Assembly: GCA_030141605.1 (NCBI GenBank)
Contig: JAQGDQ010000003.1
Coordinates: 1,798,001 to 1,862,000 of the forward strand
DNA: 64,000 nucleotides
From: Tubiluchus corallicola
Taxonomy: Eukaryota; Animalia; Priapulida
Direction: 5' to 3'
Both the position numbers and the translations under genes were made by a program. A model generated the notes under the pieces. The model was given only the letters and a program-made list of their open reading frames with translations. It did not search any database and had not been told where the DNA came from. This document shows, one piece after another, positions 12,701 through 31,324 of this stretch; position 1 is the stretch's first letter; each line of letters starts with the position of its first letter.

Positions 12701-15700
12701 TGATGATAGTCCTGCATAAGTGCTTAAATTTTATACAATGCTCACACAAAAGTAACTATCTTTCAAAAGAAAATTAAATTACCTTACTATTTCAATGGTG
12801 TTATCACAATTTCTCTCCAAGTAGATTTTAAGAATAACAAAATAAACTTTGCTGGCAAAAACTTAGAGCAAAATTTCTAAATTTAGGTAAGGCACTTACA
12901 AGGTCTTGTTCTAGAGACAGTACAACACAAATCAACAAGGCAAAAAAATGTGTGAAAAAATGTCAAAATTAAGTCAGAAATATCTTTAAATCTGGTTAAT
13001 ATCTAACTCAAGCTTTTATTAAAGATGCTCAATAAAGATGATGCAAAGCGAATACGGCAGGAACAGCCAGCAACCTTTGTACTGCATGAACACTATCTGC
13101 TGATTAGTTTCAAAAACTGTTGCTAGCGAGCTGCATTAAATACTGTACAACAACAACAGCAGAAAATAGGAAGTCAGCCCAAAAAAGCTATTATTTTGCT
13201 CATAAAAAATGTTGGGTAACTGTAGATATCCAGGAAAGAAATTATGGAACTGAATTAGTCCCTGTGCCCCACAATAGATCAGTAGATCTTATCACACCAC
13301 GAAAAGACTGTTCCTCGGTCATCAACCTGGGTGACAGATCCTTGGATGAACCGAGAAAGTGTTACAATTTCTTACTTGTGTATTTTTCATTATCATTTTG
13401 AAAATTAATCAGCAAGGAATTGCACCTCACAGTAATAAAAGTAATCTTATGTACCATCTTAAAAATGTAAGCCCAATGGCAATTAATCTTATAACGCTAA
13501 AAACTGATTTTCAACATTATTATGATTTCTGTATATGTTCACATTTTTAGTGTAACAAGCTAAAAGGGAAATGAAGTCACTGGAACACATCAAGCAAAAA
13601 TACATTACATTTTTGCAACATTAATAAGAACAATTTTCTCACATGTTTAAACCATATTTTTCAAATGTATTTAAAACTGTAACCCACTAAAAATAGTACT
13701 ACCACACAAACAACCTGCCAATAACTACTAAAGATATAAAACAAATTTCTTACCAAGACTAGTAGGCCGAACTAATTCGCCGAGTATGTCGTAAAATGGT
13801 AACTTTTTTAAACGTACATCTGGATGTACAGGAACAGCATTTAAATGGTTAGTTTGTGCACCTGGATACATGGGCAAATGTGGTGGTGGGACTCCATACC
13901 CGGCTGGATTAAGGTGCGATCTTGTTTGACTACAAAAGAATGTGGAAAACAGCGATTTTCAGAACAAAACCTAGGCATATTTTTTAAATAAAATTTCTCA
14001 TTTGCAACTACAGAACACGCTTTTGAGTATAGGCACTAGGCAGTACTGTCTCAAAATTTGGACTGTAAGAAATTGGGTAAGCAAAAAATATACATAAAAA
14101 ATAATAAATGTATAGAAAACATGATAAAAAATGTACTTACTAAGTTAAAAATAAGAAAATATTCATACTAACAGGGCAACTCACTAAGGCAATAAAAACA
14201 GAAAACAGCACTACAGTAAACAAACCTGTAGAGAGAGGGATCATTAGGTCTTACTGGAACTTGATGTTGGGAAGATACTGTTGGAGACGTAGGCCTTCCT
14301 CCTGATGAAGCAAACCTTCGCATACTGTAACAATGCAAAAGAACAGTTTATGTTTTATAAGCAAATAACAGATCTAATTAGCTACACAATACACATCTTA
14401 AAGGCAAAGAACCATATAAGCAAAACTGAACATTTTGAACTTAGTTCAACACTGTCTTTAGGAACAGTCATTGCTCATTGGGAAGTCACAATTTGACAGA
14501 ATAATACAATGTAAACACAAACAATGAAAGAACTGACAACACTGACTGTTTTAATCATGGAGCTCATACACTCACTGCTAATATGCTTTTTAGAGTGTCA
14601 ACATTTTGGAAGCTTCTTCGCTGATGAAACTGAGCAGGATTACATTGAACACAATGAATTTCGCTATTATTCATTGTTATGCTTGCTAACTAGATTAACT
14701 ATGACAAAGAGGGATACTGTAAGCAAACGTTACACAAACAAATTTTTTGTGACAGCTTCCCATAGCAATGGAAAATGCTAGTGTGAGTTGGAAAAGCGAT
14801 AAATTTTATGCGTATTTCACCTGTGGAGCATGCCATTCATAATATGGCACATCCATTATTAAGAGCTAACTTTAATTAGTCGCTGTGAGAAATTAGCAAA
14901 GTTGGCAATAATAATTCTATTAACTATTGGCATCTTCTGGGATCACTCCAAGACTTTTATGGAAATGGACTGTTCTGCTGATTATCTAGAGAACTATGGG
15001 GCAACCCGGCAATCAATGTAGTGGCTAAGCCTCTGGCTACTTGCATATATATAATATCTGTACTGCTTTTAATAAATTTGGCATTAAATACAACTTATAA
15101 ATGACACTAATGTATTCTGTGACTCTAAAACTGATATGCAAATCATACAAAATAATACTCAATCTTTCCTTAGTTCACACCCCGCCCCCCCTCTCTCTTT
15201 CCCTTTTTCCTCTTTCTCTTTATCCCTATTTGCAAATTATCAGGAATATTCATGCCAGTGATGCGATTGCTAATGCCATTTTCAGGGCTAGTAGCTGTAA
15301 TTGCTATTAGCAATAATGGACTAGCAGTAACTTAGTGTGACTAGTGCAAGTTTTGAGTCATATGCTTTTTGGATCTAACTGGAATAGTCCTAAATCTTAG
15401 TAAATAATGAATCTGAAAAAATATTAAACAAAACTTGTTTATACTAATAAATTTTGGAAAAATAAGTTATATTTGATCTTAAAAAATATTAAGCAAAGTT
15501 TTTTTATACTAAAAAATATCACTTCAAAAGGTTCATACAAGGAAGTGTCGGAAATCGTTTGACAAAGTTTCGTCTGACATGCATTAGCTTCTAGCAAATG
15601 TCAGTAAAAAGTTGTGTAAGTAATACATGCAATAGCTAATATCTAAAAAATCGGTAGCAATCATATCACTGGTTTACGTCTTACAAAGCAATTCTCTGAC

Positions 15701-17192
15701 GAGAGTGAATATATACAGTAGTTAACAAATTATCTGTGCAGCTTTAATTGAACTTCATATATCTATTTACACATGCCATGTATTCAAGATAATTTTGATT
15801 ATAAATAAACTTTGTCTTGAGAAAAGTCTTCGTACCTTGACTATGAATTAAAAAATGTCGGCATTCAAAGCACTTCCCAGTACTGACAGCAACTGCCCTT
15901 TTTAAATTATCAACTAGTTCATAATATGATAAACTGTCAAAAAGTTACTCTATCAGGCGAATATTTCATTTCCAAATTTTTTTTTCTTCTTTTTCAAAAA
16001 ATAACTTGAGAAATTTATTAATAATAACCAGTGCAGTGAAAATTAGATCCACCAGGTGGGCAGCACCTCTCAAGTGCAACACATTTGGGACAGTCCAGGT
16101 GACTGGTGTGTATAAACTACAGCTTGGTGCACGTGCAATCTTATGTAATGTGAGAGTTTCCGACAACAATATACCCTGTTTGTAGCTCCCATTTGTGTTC
16201 ATGAGCACACACGCACACACACACATATGATAATGCAGATGCATAATTGAAGTCAGAAAATAATTAAGCTTAAAGTGCAAGAAATTCCACTTCAGAAAAA
16301 ATTCTTTAATGCTTTGAGAAACTAAATTAACTTAATAGGTAGCCTCCAGCTTTCAACAAGTCTGTGACATTCTGACTCACCCCCCTATATGCCCTGACCT
16401 GTATAACTCCCTGACTTTCATTTGCACTGGAGCAGAGTTGTATTTCAGTAGCTGCAACGCCCTCTCCAAAAGCTCCTGTTTCCGACCACTTTTGTTTCTA
16501 CCAGCGAAACCAAGAAGAACTTGAAGTTCAGAAACACGAAATGTCATGACCATCTCCTGTAAAAAAGCATCAAGACTATTATTGCCTACAAGCATCCTAC
16601 GTAGTATATATGTGTAGATGCCATTAAGTAATATTTTCTAAAAAACGTAAAGAAATTAACAGCCTATTCCCTTGAATGACTACTGAAAAATGAAATTAAC
16701 AAAATATAAGTACAAACATTATGCGAACTTGTGATTAACTCAATCAGTCACTAATTAAGATACCATTAATGTTATTTAACAAATGACACAATTTAATCAA
16801 AAATAAATCTGTTCTGTAGTGTCAAATGCAGCTCTGGTAAAAGGCATGAATGTTGAAAAGATTACTTAATCGTGAAAGTCAAAACTATTGTCACAAATGA
16901 AGTGTACCCTACAAATACGCAACGATATCAAGTATTATAGCTATACAGACTGGTACCTACACAGCACAGCATGCAAACGTTAAAGCGATGACGAAACAGA
17001 GAAAAATCTTTCCCAAAAGTTATCCGCATTGTAGTTGTATTTCGCGGGTAACTTTTGTAAATAATGACGCGGACGGATGATCAAAAATTAATAATGATAA
17101 TACATTTAGTAAAGTTAATAAAAACATTATTTAATATCATACAGTAACAAATTGTACAGTACACTTACCTTGTATTCATCCATTTCCGCCAT
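755..17192 (-). CDS. PIAS: PIAS-family E3 SUMO-protein ligase (SAP, PINIT, SP-RING, SIM), multi-exon
   Basis: Exons (minus, GT-AG, phases compatible): 17192-17169 MAEMDEYK; 16556-16399 (or -16381) [29 protein letters not shown]; 14324-14226; 13929-13754 [15 protein letters not shown]; 12549-12465; 12252-12111 [20 protein letters not shown]; 9114-8980 [11 protein letters not shown]; 8811-8706; 8537-8458 [13 protein letters not shown]; 8161-8001 [26 protein letters not shown]; 7231-7095; 6678-~6286/6252 [15 protein letters not shown]; one unresolved junction; 2309-2116; 1856-1843; 904-755 ending SPEDCISLD* (cf. vertebrate PIAS ..DIISLD*). Confidence 0.95.
5545..6134. mobile_element. MITE, PIF/Harbinger-like
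   Basis: Imperfect TIRs (GGCCGGCCATAAAAAAATTGTTTCTGTCT / reverse complement GGCCGACAATAAAAATACTTCTGTTTCCGTCT) with a 3-bp TGA duplication on both sides. Confidence 0.55.
10112..11055. mobile_element. Non-autonomous Tc1/mariner (pogo/Tigger-like) element
   Basis: TIRs CAGTAGGTGTCACTTAATAGACTCA and TGAGTCTATTAAGCGGCGCCTACTG, flanked by TA on both sides. Confidence 0.7.
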
Positions 17193-17525
17193 TTTGAAAT
17201 TTGGCCTTGACCTTTGACCCCAAAACGATTTATAATGGATAACTTATGATAGTCAAAGTTTTGACAACGTAAAGCTAACCACAACTGAGAAGTTTGTAAA
17301 GTGTATTTGCGAAATCGCAAAGAAATTTAATTTGAATTGTACGACTTCTTTGAAACTTCATTTGTGCAACAATTAACGTAAAGACGGTTAGTAAACTTTC
17401 ACTAACTAGGGAATGCTGATTTGGGGCCCAATACAAAGAAAAATCGATACCGCCACAGGCGAGCTTTTTACTGTTTCTCACGCCAGGTGACACTGTATAT
17501 CTACCATTCATTTTGGCAGTCAATC
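17193..17525. promoter_or_regulatory. Bidirectional promoter PIAS/NDUFS7
   Basis: The divergent ATGs are only 333 bp apart. A YY1-like CCGCCATTTT overlaps the PIAS ATG, and a DR1 TGACCTTTGACCC lies at 17208-17220. Confidence 0.65.
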
Positions 17526-22250
<4,725 letters not shown>

Positions 22251-24999
22251 AATCATTGTTTGTATACCATCATAATTATTTATGTTGTAGGGCTGTCTAG
22301 GTCCATAGATTCTAAATGTTGTTTAGAAGCCTAAACTGCAGTTAGAAGTTTCATGTAAGACTCATTGCTTGATGGGATTCAAAACTGAAATTGGCTGCAT
22401 TGTAAATTTTGACTTTACTCCTAAATAGTAGTGAATGATCATTAGTTTTTGTTCCCATGTGATTAATGAATATCAGAATAGCCTGTTACATTAGCTTGCA
22501 GACACCTCGTTTTAAATTGTTTTATATTGCAGGTTGATACATTGTTACTAATAAATGAAAAAAAACATCGTATTGTATAAGTTTCTATTAGAAATTATTT
22601 TGTCTTTTAACCAAGTCTACAGTGGACTAATTAGTCCTGAAAAGAGTGCATAGAAGACAAATAGCACACCTTACCCAGCTAATCAAAATTTGGAAAATAA
22701 AATTCATAGGTTTCAGTTTGCTGTTTTTATACTAAATGAAAACTTCAGTTTGGTATTTAGACCTGTTGCAACTGGATTTCAGAGTGTTCATCAATTGATT
22801 TTCCCCACATTTTTCATTGTACTTACTACAGTGGACATGATGGCTGTCAAAGAACTAGGCATTTGCACTATGTTGATGTGGTCTACTACTAACCAAAGAT
22901 CTTCGTTATTATAGTATAATAAAAGAGAAATATTTTTCATGGACATCTGCTCTTTTCTGTGTTTTACGAAAACGTTACATTTCAAGAATTACATGTTTTT
23001 GAATTTACTGTAATCAATAGTGGATAAGTGATATGGCCTAATTTTTCAGCTGTCATGTCTTCCAGCTATGTTAGTGCTGTCGTGCATCGTTTATGTATGT
23101 CGGGCGAAGTATATTCAAAGCTGGTACAGTCGTGTAGGCCGTTTTTTATTTTTTTGTTTTTGAGTTGCATTTGTTCCAAAAGAAAACCACTGGATCTTGG
23201 GACTATTTTTTATCTCCTCATATTTCTTTTGGTGTGTACATGGGATTTAAATCAAAACTTGATAAAAGTGGTACTAAAGGCTAGAGCTCATCTGAAAATA
23301 CAAAAACTCTGAAACAATAACAAATTTTGTTAAATACATAATATCTTCAATTAATTGAAAATAGTACACAAAATATATAATATAATAGAGATAACAATAA
23401 CTAAACATACCATATTTAACTATCAAATTAATTGTAAATGTGCATCATCAGTGGAATGTTTACATAATATTTAATTTTGATCTTGGTTATAAATTGATTA
23501 GACAGTAATTGAATACGTGAACTGAACTATTAAATTAGGTATTTCAGTATTACCTGATGGTCTTGAATATTTAAATAAACTAGCTTAATAAGCTGCAAAA
23601 GCCGGAAATAAATTAAAAAATCATGGTCATCAATGCATGAACTTACTACACAGTGTCTTGTTTAATCTTTACCAATTCAATGATGGTAATGGCAGTAACA
23701 AGCAATTGGATACTGCGTAATATGTAATAGTGAATGATAGCCAATAAGCAGCTACATGACAGGAAATAATTGTCATCGTAACATACTTTTCCTATCGACA
23801 GATAAATGTAGAATTAGCATTTGCCGTGATGGAGATAATTATAGATGACAGACTACTGACTTTGTAACCAATTACAGCAATGGTAATCTATAGTTCAAAG
23901 ATAAACGACTCAAAGATGAAAGACTCATTCCATGTGGCAGTCCAGTGAACTTTTGAAAAAATGCATGAAAAAAGATGAACTGAACTGCACTTTCAATTGG
24001 ATTATTATCTGTTCCATCCCATTCTCATATGTATTCTCGTATACTAAAGTGTGTAAATTTTGGGAAAAACTAAAAGATAAACTATGAATGAGAAGACACT
24101 AGAAACTGGATCAAGATTTTTGTTTGTTGTATGAATTACTAAGAATCATTGGAGCTCTAGTTGGGAAACCCTTAGTTTAATAACTTTAATACACGTAAAC
24201 ATAAACTTTAAAGCCATAAACCAGCAGACTTAATTGTTAGCTGAATCAATTATTGCAAAAAGCAATAGAATCGATGGGTTTTTAGAGGATATTGATACAG
24301 ACCCTGGTTCAGTTTAAAAACATTACTCAGTTATAAGTTACTATGTTTTTTCAACAGTAGCTCATTACAAACAAGATATTACTGCTATGAGGTTAGTTAA
24401 CCAAATAATAGCATCTAATCAATGTCGCCATATTTGCTGATACAGAATGCCTTAGGACAAAGATCAATTACAATATTCCTGATGCATCTTGGAGATTACA
24501 GCAACTTAAGAAATTATAAAAAAAAGTTGGAGCACTTACAGCGTGGCTGAATTAATTATCCTGGGCTTGGGAAAACCTGTGGTGGTTTTTCTGTGATTTT
24601 TAACACACACAATACACATCAAATATTGAAATCTACTACAGTTCCACTAAGCCTGTTCAAGAATACTTGTAAAATATACATAGATTTTCAACAGTACAAA
24701 AATAGTAAGTAATCTATAAGCAAAGAGTCACAGATAAAATATAACAATAATAAAGTAATCTTGATGCTCAACAAGAAAAATCTGTTTTGCACAATTCCAA
24801 TTTTTTGTATGTAGTACATAACTCAGGATTAGTATATTAAGAAAACGATCACACAAGTATGTACTCTACTATACTATACCATGCAAGGTATAAAATAACA
24901 TTTGACAGCAAAACGAAATGATTTGAGCTTATCTTAATGAGCATGCCGCTATCGTGCACAAAGTAATTTCAACTTGAGTGCCAATAACTGAAAAACAGA

Positions 25000-27900
25000 T
25001 TAATCTGAATCTTCTTCCTCTCCATATTCTCCTGAATACAGGCGTGTAGATGCACCTAAACGTACACATCATACGAATGTTTTTATTAAAAGAAATAAAC
25101 AGTAGCACTTATGCATTAAAACAGCAAACTGATTTATGCTTTTTATGTAAAAAACGATGCAAAACTTAATGGGTCATTTTGTACGTGTAGCTTTAATCAT
25201 TTACTGAGGACAACAGTGGTGCTGTTTGCTTTAAAATAATAATTAAATCAGCAAGAATGGCATTGAATTTGCAATTTCGTCAGACATTTATTAATTAAAC
25301 ACTCATCTGCAATTTAATCAGACAGTTTAATTAAGAAAGAAAAATGATAATCTAATATTGCAGTATATTAGAGCCTACATATACTGCATTTCAGAACTGC
25401 AATGTAAAAAATAATATAGAATGGCTTTGGTACTTACTTGCATGTCTCAAAATGGCTTGAGATTGAACATCTTTTGCAAGATCCATAGCAGTCTTCTTCT
25501 CGTTATTCTTGATGGTTACATCAGCACCTTCATTAACAGAGACAAACTGTCAAACAACTGTTTCTTATGACAGACGTAAAGCATAATTTTTTCCTAATCA
25601 TGCTGAATACGTCTGTAGTACATAGTCTATAAAATTTTAAACTGCTGTCTGTTAAAGCAGTCCATTATATAGCATCTCATGTAAGTCTATTAGTTCACAT
25701 CGTTTTACATAACAATTCTGCAATGTCATTTTTAAACTTAATGAAAATGCCTACAGTTATTATACTATCATTGCAATTAGAACAACTCGGAAAACAAGCA
25801 GCAAATGGTTTCAGAAAGTTCTTACCACTGTCACACCACCAAACACCACAACAACACCAACAAAAACACACAAAACAAACAAAAACACATTAAAATAATA
25901 AAACTTCCATCCATTATTTTCCACCCAAGACTGGAAATAGCATTTGCTTTAATTGTTGTTCTTTTTGTTCTCGTGGACAGTTAAGCCATGGTTTGGAGAT
26001 CATGGTTTGCTTGGTTCACATTGTATGCTGGATTCTGGGGTGTTATAGCGCATATGTTTCTAACCTGCAGAAGTCAGAGTGCTTTTCCCGTATAATGAAA
26101 CACTAACATAAAATATGATATTTTTGCTCAGTTTGCATGCTTTGCTTGTCTAAGCATTCTGACAAAACTTCGTCAATAGACCTCATCGTATTAAAAATGT
26201 GTAAACACAGATAACTTCACAATTACACAAATTAACATTTGCACCACATCGGCATGGCCTTTATAAGCAGCTGCATGCAAGGCAGTATCACCAAGTTTGT
26301 TCTGAAAAACACAGCATAGTAGTAGCAAACTGTGGTAAAAACTATTGCTATCGTTAAAATAATAAAACTTCCATCCATTATTTTCCACCTAAGACTGGAA
26401 ATAGCATTTGCTTTAATTGTTGTTCTTTTTGTTCTCGTGGACAGTTAAGCCATGGTTTGGAGATCATGGTTTGCTTGGTTCACATTGTATGCTGGATTCT
26501 GGGGTGTTATAGCGCATATGTTTCTAACCTGCAGAAGTCAGAGTGCTTTTCCCGTATAATGAAACACTAACATAAAATATGATATTTTTGCTCAGTTTGC
26601 ATGCTTTGCTTGTCTAAGCATTCTGACAAAACTTCGTCAATAGACCTCATCGTATTAAAAATGTGTAAACACAGATAACTTCACAATTACACAAATGGTA
26701 TACTACATATGTACCAGATTTTTTTTAAATCAGTGTCGAAAAATTCGTGATCAACTCATGGTTAAAAGTAAAACATCAAAAACAGTATTCAAAATACGCT
26801 CATCTTTAAAAAACAGTTATTGAGCAAATGACTTAAAAAGCATAATTGTATAATAGTTACATATTCATTCGTTTAAGTCATCTTTAGATAATTACAAGTC
26901 AAGTACAGATTTGTTTATAGCTGTTTTTGAAATACTATAGTGTAGTCGTAGTTGCTCACTAACTTGTACATACCTGTGTATTAACTTGAACATTTTTTGC
27001 TTGTAAAAGGATATGAACACAATCAGCATGTCCAGCATGTGATGCCCAATACAAAGCAGTTGAATGTGATTTGTCCAGACCATTTACAGATACCTAAGTT
27101 CAGCAAAGCATTAACAAGAAGTTTATACACATTATCAATAAATAACAAATAGTAATTAAAAACAAGCTTAGAGCATAAATAACTTGTGACGTTTTATTGA
27201 TAAATTAGCAACAAGACCCTCTCAAAAATGAGGTTTATTAGTAGTAAAATCAGAGAGAGAAAGCACAATATACATTTACTTGATATGATAATAATGAAAA
27301 GCAAGGCCTTGCAAAAAAAATTTTGCGCAAAATTAAAACAGTGCAAAAGTGTAATATGACAAATGCTACCATCAATGCCTGGTTAATGATGATAATGCAC
27401 AAGCACCTTATGTACTGTTTGGCAGAAAAATGGATGTAACAGCAACGAGTAATGGATCTATACTGGCATTCCGTATTTTCTCAATGACAATTCATAAAAC
27501 TTACAACTTTGTTCAGTGCAGGTATTTTCTAGAACCCGTGATAGTTGCAAATATCAATTTTTTTTCTAGAGACTGCTAACTAAAATTAGATGAATAATTA
27601 GGTGTAATACCCTGTTATACAAGCATTCCCGGATAGCATCAGTATTTCCACGCTTTGACGCCTCATGAAGTGGATTCAAAACTTCTTCAGTGCTTTCTTC
27701 GACTACAAAACGAAAACAGCATTTAGTTGACTGCCAACTTTGTCTAAAAATAAAGTTGGAAACTATAATTAAACCTTCTATAACAGACTCCTCTAGACTT
27801 CAGGTGCAAAAGATAAATGACAAATTACATACCATAATTCTCTGGAATAAGACCAACTCTGTTTCCACATTTAGCATTCCACCAGCCAGGTTCAGATTTG

Positions 27901-30243
27901 TCCATAATATAAAGAGTGTCACCTTCATCAAATGACAATTCATCGGGCTGAAAAAAATGAACACCATTGTAAAGCAAAAAAAATCTTAATGAAACAGACC
28001 TACCAGTACGTGACTGGGAAAGCAAAGCAGCTACTTTGCAACAAGTGAAAACAAGAACAGCAAATAATCCATTTTACCATGTTCGACATTTGCACATTTT
28101 GCAGAATTATAAACTATGCTGTTTGGTGTAATTAGTCTGTGTAAATAATTATTCTGTGCGGAAAAATAGTCTCAAACAGACTAATTTTAAAGTGCACGTT
28201 TTGTGTCTTTTTCCAGTATTTAATTAGTCTGTGTTGCACTGTGTAGTGCAGGTCTAGAACATATGAAACAAACGATAAATGCTCAGCAAGACAAACACTG
28301 GTTGACTTTTCGCAGGAAGGCAATGATATGCACTGGCCTGGTGCTGGATGCGGACTGCAAATGTAACGGAGTTGCAAGAAGCCATAGCAAAATACCAAGA
28401 CGAGTTCAATAGCAAGCTGGTTAATGAAGAAACTTCTAACTCCAAGGTTGAGTCTGCTTAAGAAGATTCCAATTGAAAAGCAAAACATTGTTACTGTCAC
28501 TTGAATTTCATTGGACACAAACTCCAAATTGGAGTGAAAAAAATTGTATGGAATCAGTCTATGTGGAAAATTAGTCTAACACAGTCTAATTTTGATATTA
28601 ACGCACATTGAAAAGTTGGTTTTAAAATTAGTCTCACACAGACTAGTTACACTAAACAGTGTATTTCAAACTGCAGGCATTACCTTGCATTCACAGTTAC
28701 TTAATAAAGTTTTGCTGTCCCTCAAAAGATAATTTTCTAGTTTTCTGCTAAAAATCAAATCTGAAAACTTACCTGCTGAGCAACATACTTATATTTTGCT
28801 TTAACGACCTTCACTTGTCCTAAAAAGTAAATACTTTTAACAAATAAGTTCATATAGCACTATTCTTATAGTTCATATAGTTACGAATTTGATAGGACTC
28901 ATTTCAGTCAAGATGCAACTTTTCTCTGGCCTTTTCATTCTCTCACTCTCTCTCCCTCTTTCTCTCCATCCGTTCCTCTTTCCCTTCTCTATTTCTTTCC
29001 TTTCTTTCTCTTTCTCTCCTTGCAACCTCTACTATCAGACAGACTTTTTATTATAGTCATAGCTTTGAACCCTTATCTTCATACTTAGGGTGGTCATTTG
29101 CTTTGTTTAGGGTAATTTGTACAAACTTAGTGCCAAGCAATTTTGTACTTCAGTTTACAAGCAGACTTTGTTACAGTTTTAAACTCTTGCCACTAAACAT
29201 CTCTGAAATCCTTGTTTGATTTTATAAAAATTGTTCCACATCTTTTAATTCTCAATTGATTAAAGATAAGAAACTGGAATTTTGTAAGTTTTTTCGGTAT
29301 ACACTATTTATTTGCGATGTCTAAAAACAGAGAAAATGCAAGTTTGCAGCACATTAGAAAAACTAGACAGATAAAACACATGTGACAAATAGCTATTTCA
29401 GGCATCACAGGTATACTGATATGATAAAAAATCATTACCTATTTCCAATGGGGACCTAACACATAAATAATACATTAATGCACGGATCTATAACAGTTCA
29501 CTAAAATTGTAACAGCAATGAGGTAAGTGGGTAAATGACAAGAAACAATTAGAAGGCCAGAGCACAGAGAGAAGCACTATTTGGATTTCTTGCTATTTCT
29601 ATAAAAACAGTCAACCGGAAACGCATTTATACAAACTGAAAACATCCCAGATTTTATCATGTAAAATTTTGGACATCATATGGTAAAATTTATAGCTCAG
29701 TTTCACATACATTCCAAATTTACAACATTTATAAAATACAGCTAAGTGTAATAACTTTTAAAAGTTAAAAGATTATCATAAATATGTTTAGAACTTTTTC
29801 TTTCTAATCAAGTAACTTTCCTTTTGTTCAGATTAGGCTTTAATCTGTTAATATGAAAGACCTCCCTTATTAAATCCCATAATACCATAATAATATTATA
29901 ATAAATTATTAATAAGCTTTTGTTTAGAATGACAACTCTATTAATCCGGTGAAAATGTTAGCAGATTAATTTAATTTAATGTAATTTGTTTCAACAAATA
30001 ACGAACAGCTTAACAACGAATAACTTAAAAATGTCAGATTGCTACAAAAATTCTTTACGCGTGACTGATGTACCCAAGGCAGTGCAAAAAACTAGGGTTT
30101 GTATATTGATTTATAATGATCGTAAGTCCCGAAATATCAACGTGAGCTTTTTGGTTTGGATAATTGAGTTTCTATTATAACATATCACTGGTACCTGGTT
30201 TGGCCACAGGCCTTGGCGGAGCTGCTCTTACAGGAGCCGACAT
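25000..30243 (-). CDS. OSTF1: Osteoclast-stimulating factor 1 (Pro-rich, SH3, ankyrin repeats); exon 6 split in this assembly
   Basis: Exons 30243-30195 [17 protein letters not shown]; 28819-28773 [11 protein letters not shown]; 27947-27833 [19 protein letters not shown]; 27702-27611 [11 protein letters not shown]; 27093-26974 [15 protein letters not shown]; 26301-26230 plus 25832-25826 [27 protein letters not shown]; 25527-25438; 25055-25000 EYGEEEDSD*. Confidence 0.94.
25890..26696. repeat. 343-bp near-identical direct duplication (25890-26232 and 26354-26696)
   Basis: Offset 464 bp. I see one mismatch (cacccaag versus cacctaag). Confidence 0.92.
28117..28661. mobile_element. MITE with TA-flanked TIRs in OSTF1 intron
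   Basis: CTGTTTGGTGTAATTAGTCTGTGT ... ACACAGACTAGTTACACTAAACAG, with subterminal AATTAGTCT/AGACTAATT repeats. Confidence 0.6.
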
Positions 30244-31324
30244 CTGTACCTTTAAAAAAAATAGTAACTGAAAATAACAGATCTATAACTAAATCAAAAT
30301 CAGGAGAAAAGAAGAATGTGAAGACATGGTTTGCACTTTATCAATGAGCGATATTATGTGTCTGTTAATGTTAATTTATTCATCTCTAGATGAATTCACC
30401 AATTTACTATCAATTTGGTAAAAAGCAGTTTAGCAGAAAAGGATTTATTGCAAACTTTTAAATGGAAAAATTTACCTTTGACATTATTAAACTCAGCTGT
30501 ATATTAAGGAAAGACAACAGTAGTCACAGCGTGTGTTTAGTGAGGGAAGTTAAGCTATGATAGCCTGGCTAGCAAATGGAAGGCAAATTATAATAGTTAC
30601 TTCTAGGCAGTTTCACGTGCCAAACTTTTCTAGCTACTTTTCTGGCACATACATCCAGAAGTCGCTAAGATACATTTGCCCACCTCTCATTTTAGTTTAC
30701 TTCTTTACATACAGTAAACAACGAAATTATATAACCTTTAGGTTTTCACTATTAGCCCAAAAGGAATTTTGTTCTTTTGTTTACAGCAAATAAACGAATA
30801 AAAACAAAAATCACTACCCGTATTAACAACAATAAAATCAAAAGATTAAATTAAGTACTGCTGATACGAAAATGACACATCTTCTTAGGTATGAGTCAAA
30901 GTTAATTAAGACATTATCATCACTATTATCAATTGTTAAATTTTTCTGCCTATAAGTAAATTTGAATTTTTTAAGTGATACAGGTTTACTAGTAAGCTAT
31001 AAAATATTCCAGATTTGTTATACAGTAAGATAACAAAAATTAATTTTGCCTAGTGCTATGGCGTCTATATACTTACCCTAATTGGATTTTGAAAGAAGTT
31101 TGGAAACTAATTGTTATTAGTTTTATCTGCATGTAACAAATGCATGAAAACTGTTATATTCAAATCTACTAGGTGAGCTAATAGTAAGATAGTGTTCGCT
31201 TTAAAATACTGACTATGGCATGGGTGTGTTTGCTCAAGTTATAAAGAAATCTAACAAATTTGTGTAGTAATGTTAAGTTATAGGATTTAATTTTGCTTTA
31301 TAATTATAATATCATTTATATTCC

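Noticed and set aside
25000-30243. OSTF1 as a pseudogene
   Set aside because: All other exons are intact, and the break coincides with an apparent assembly artefact.
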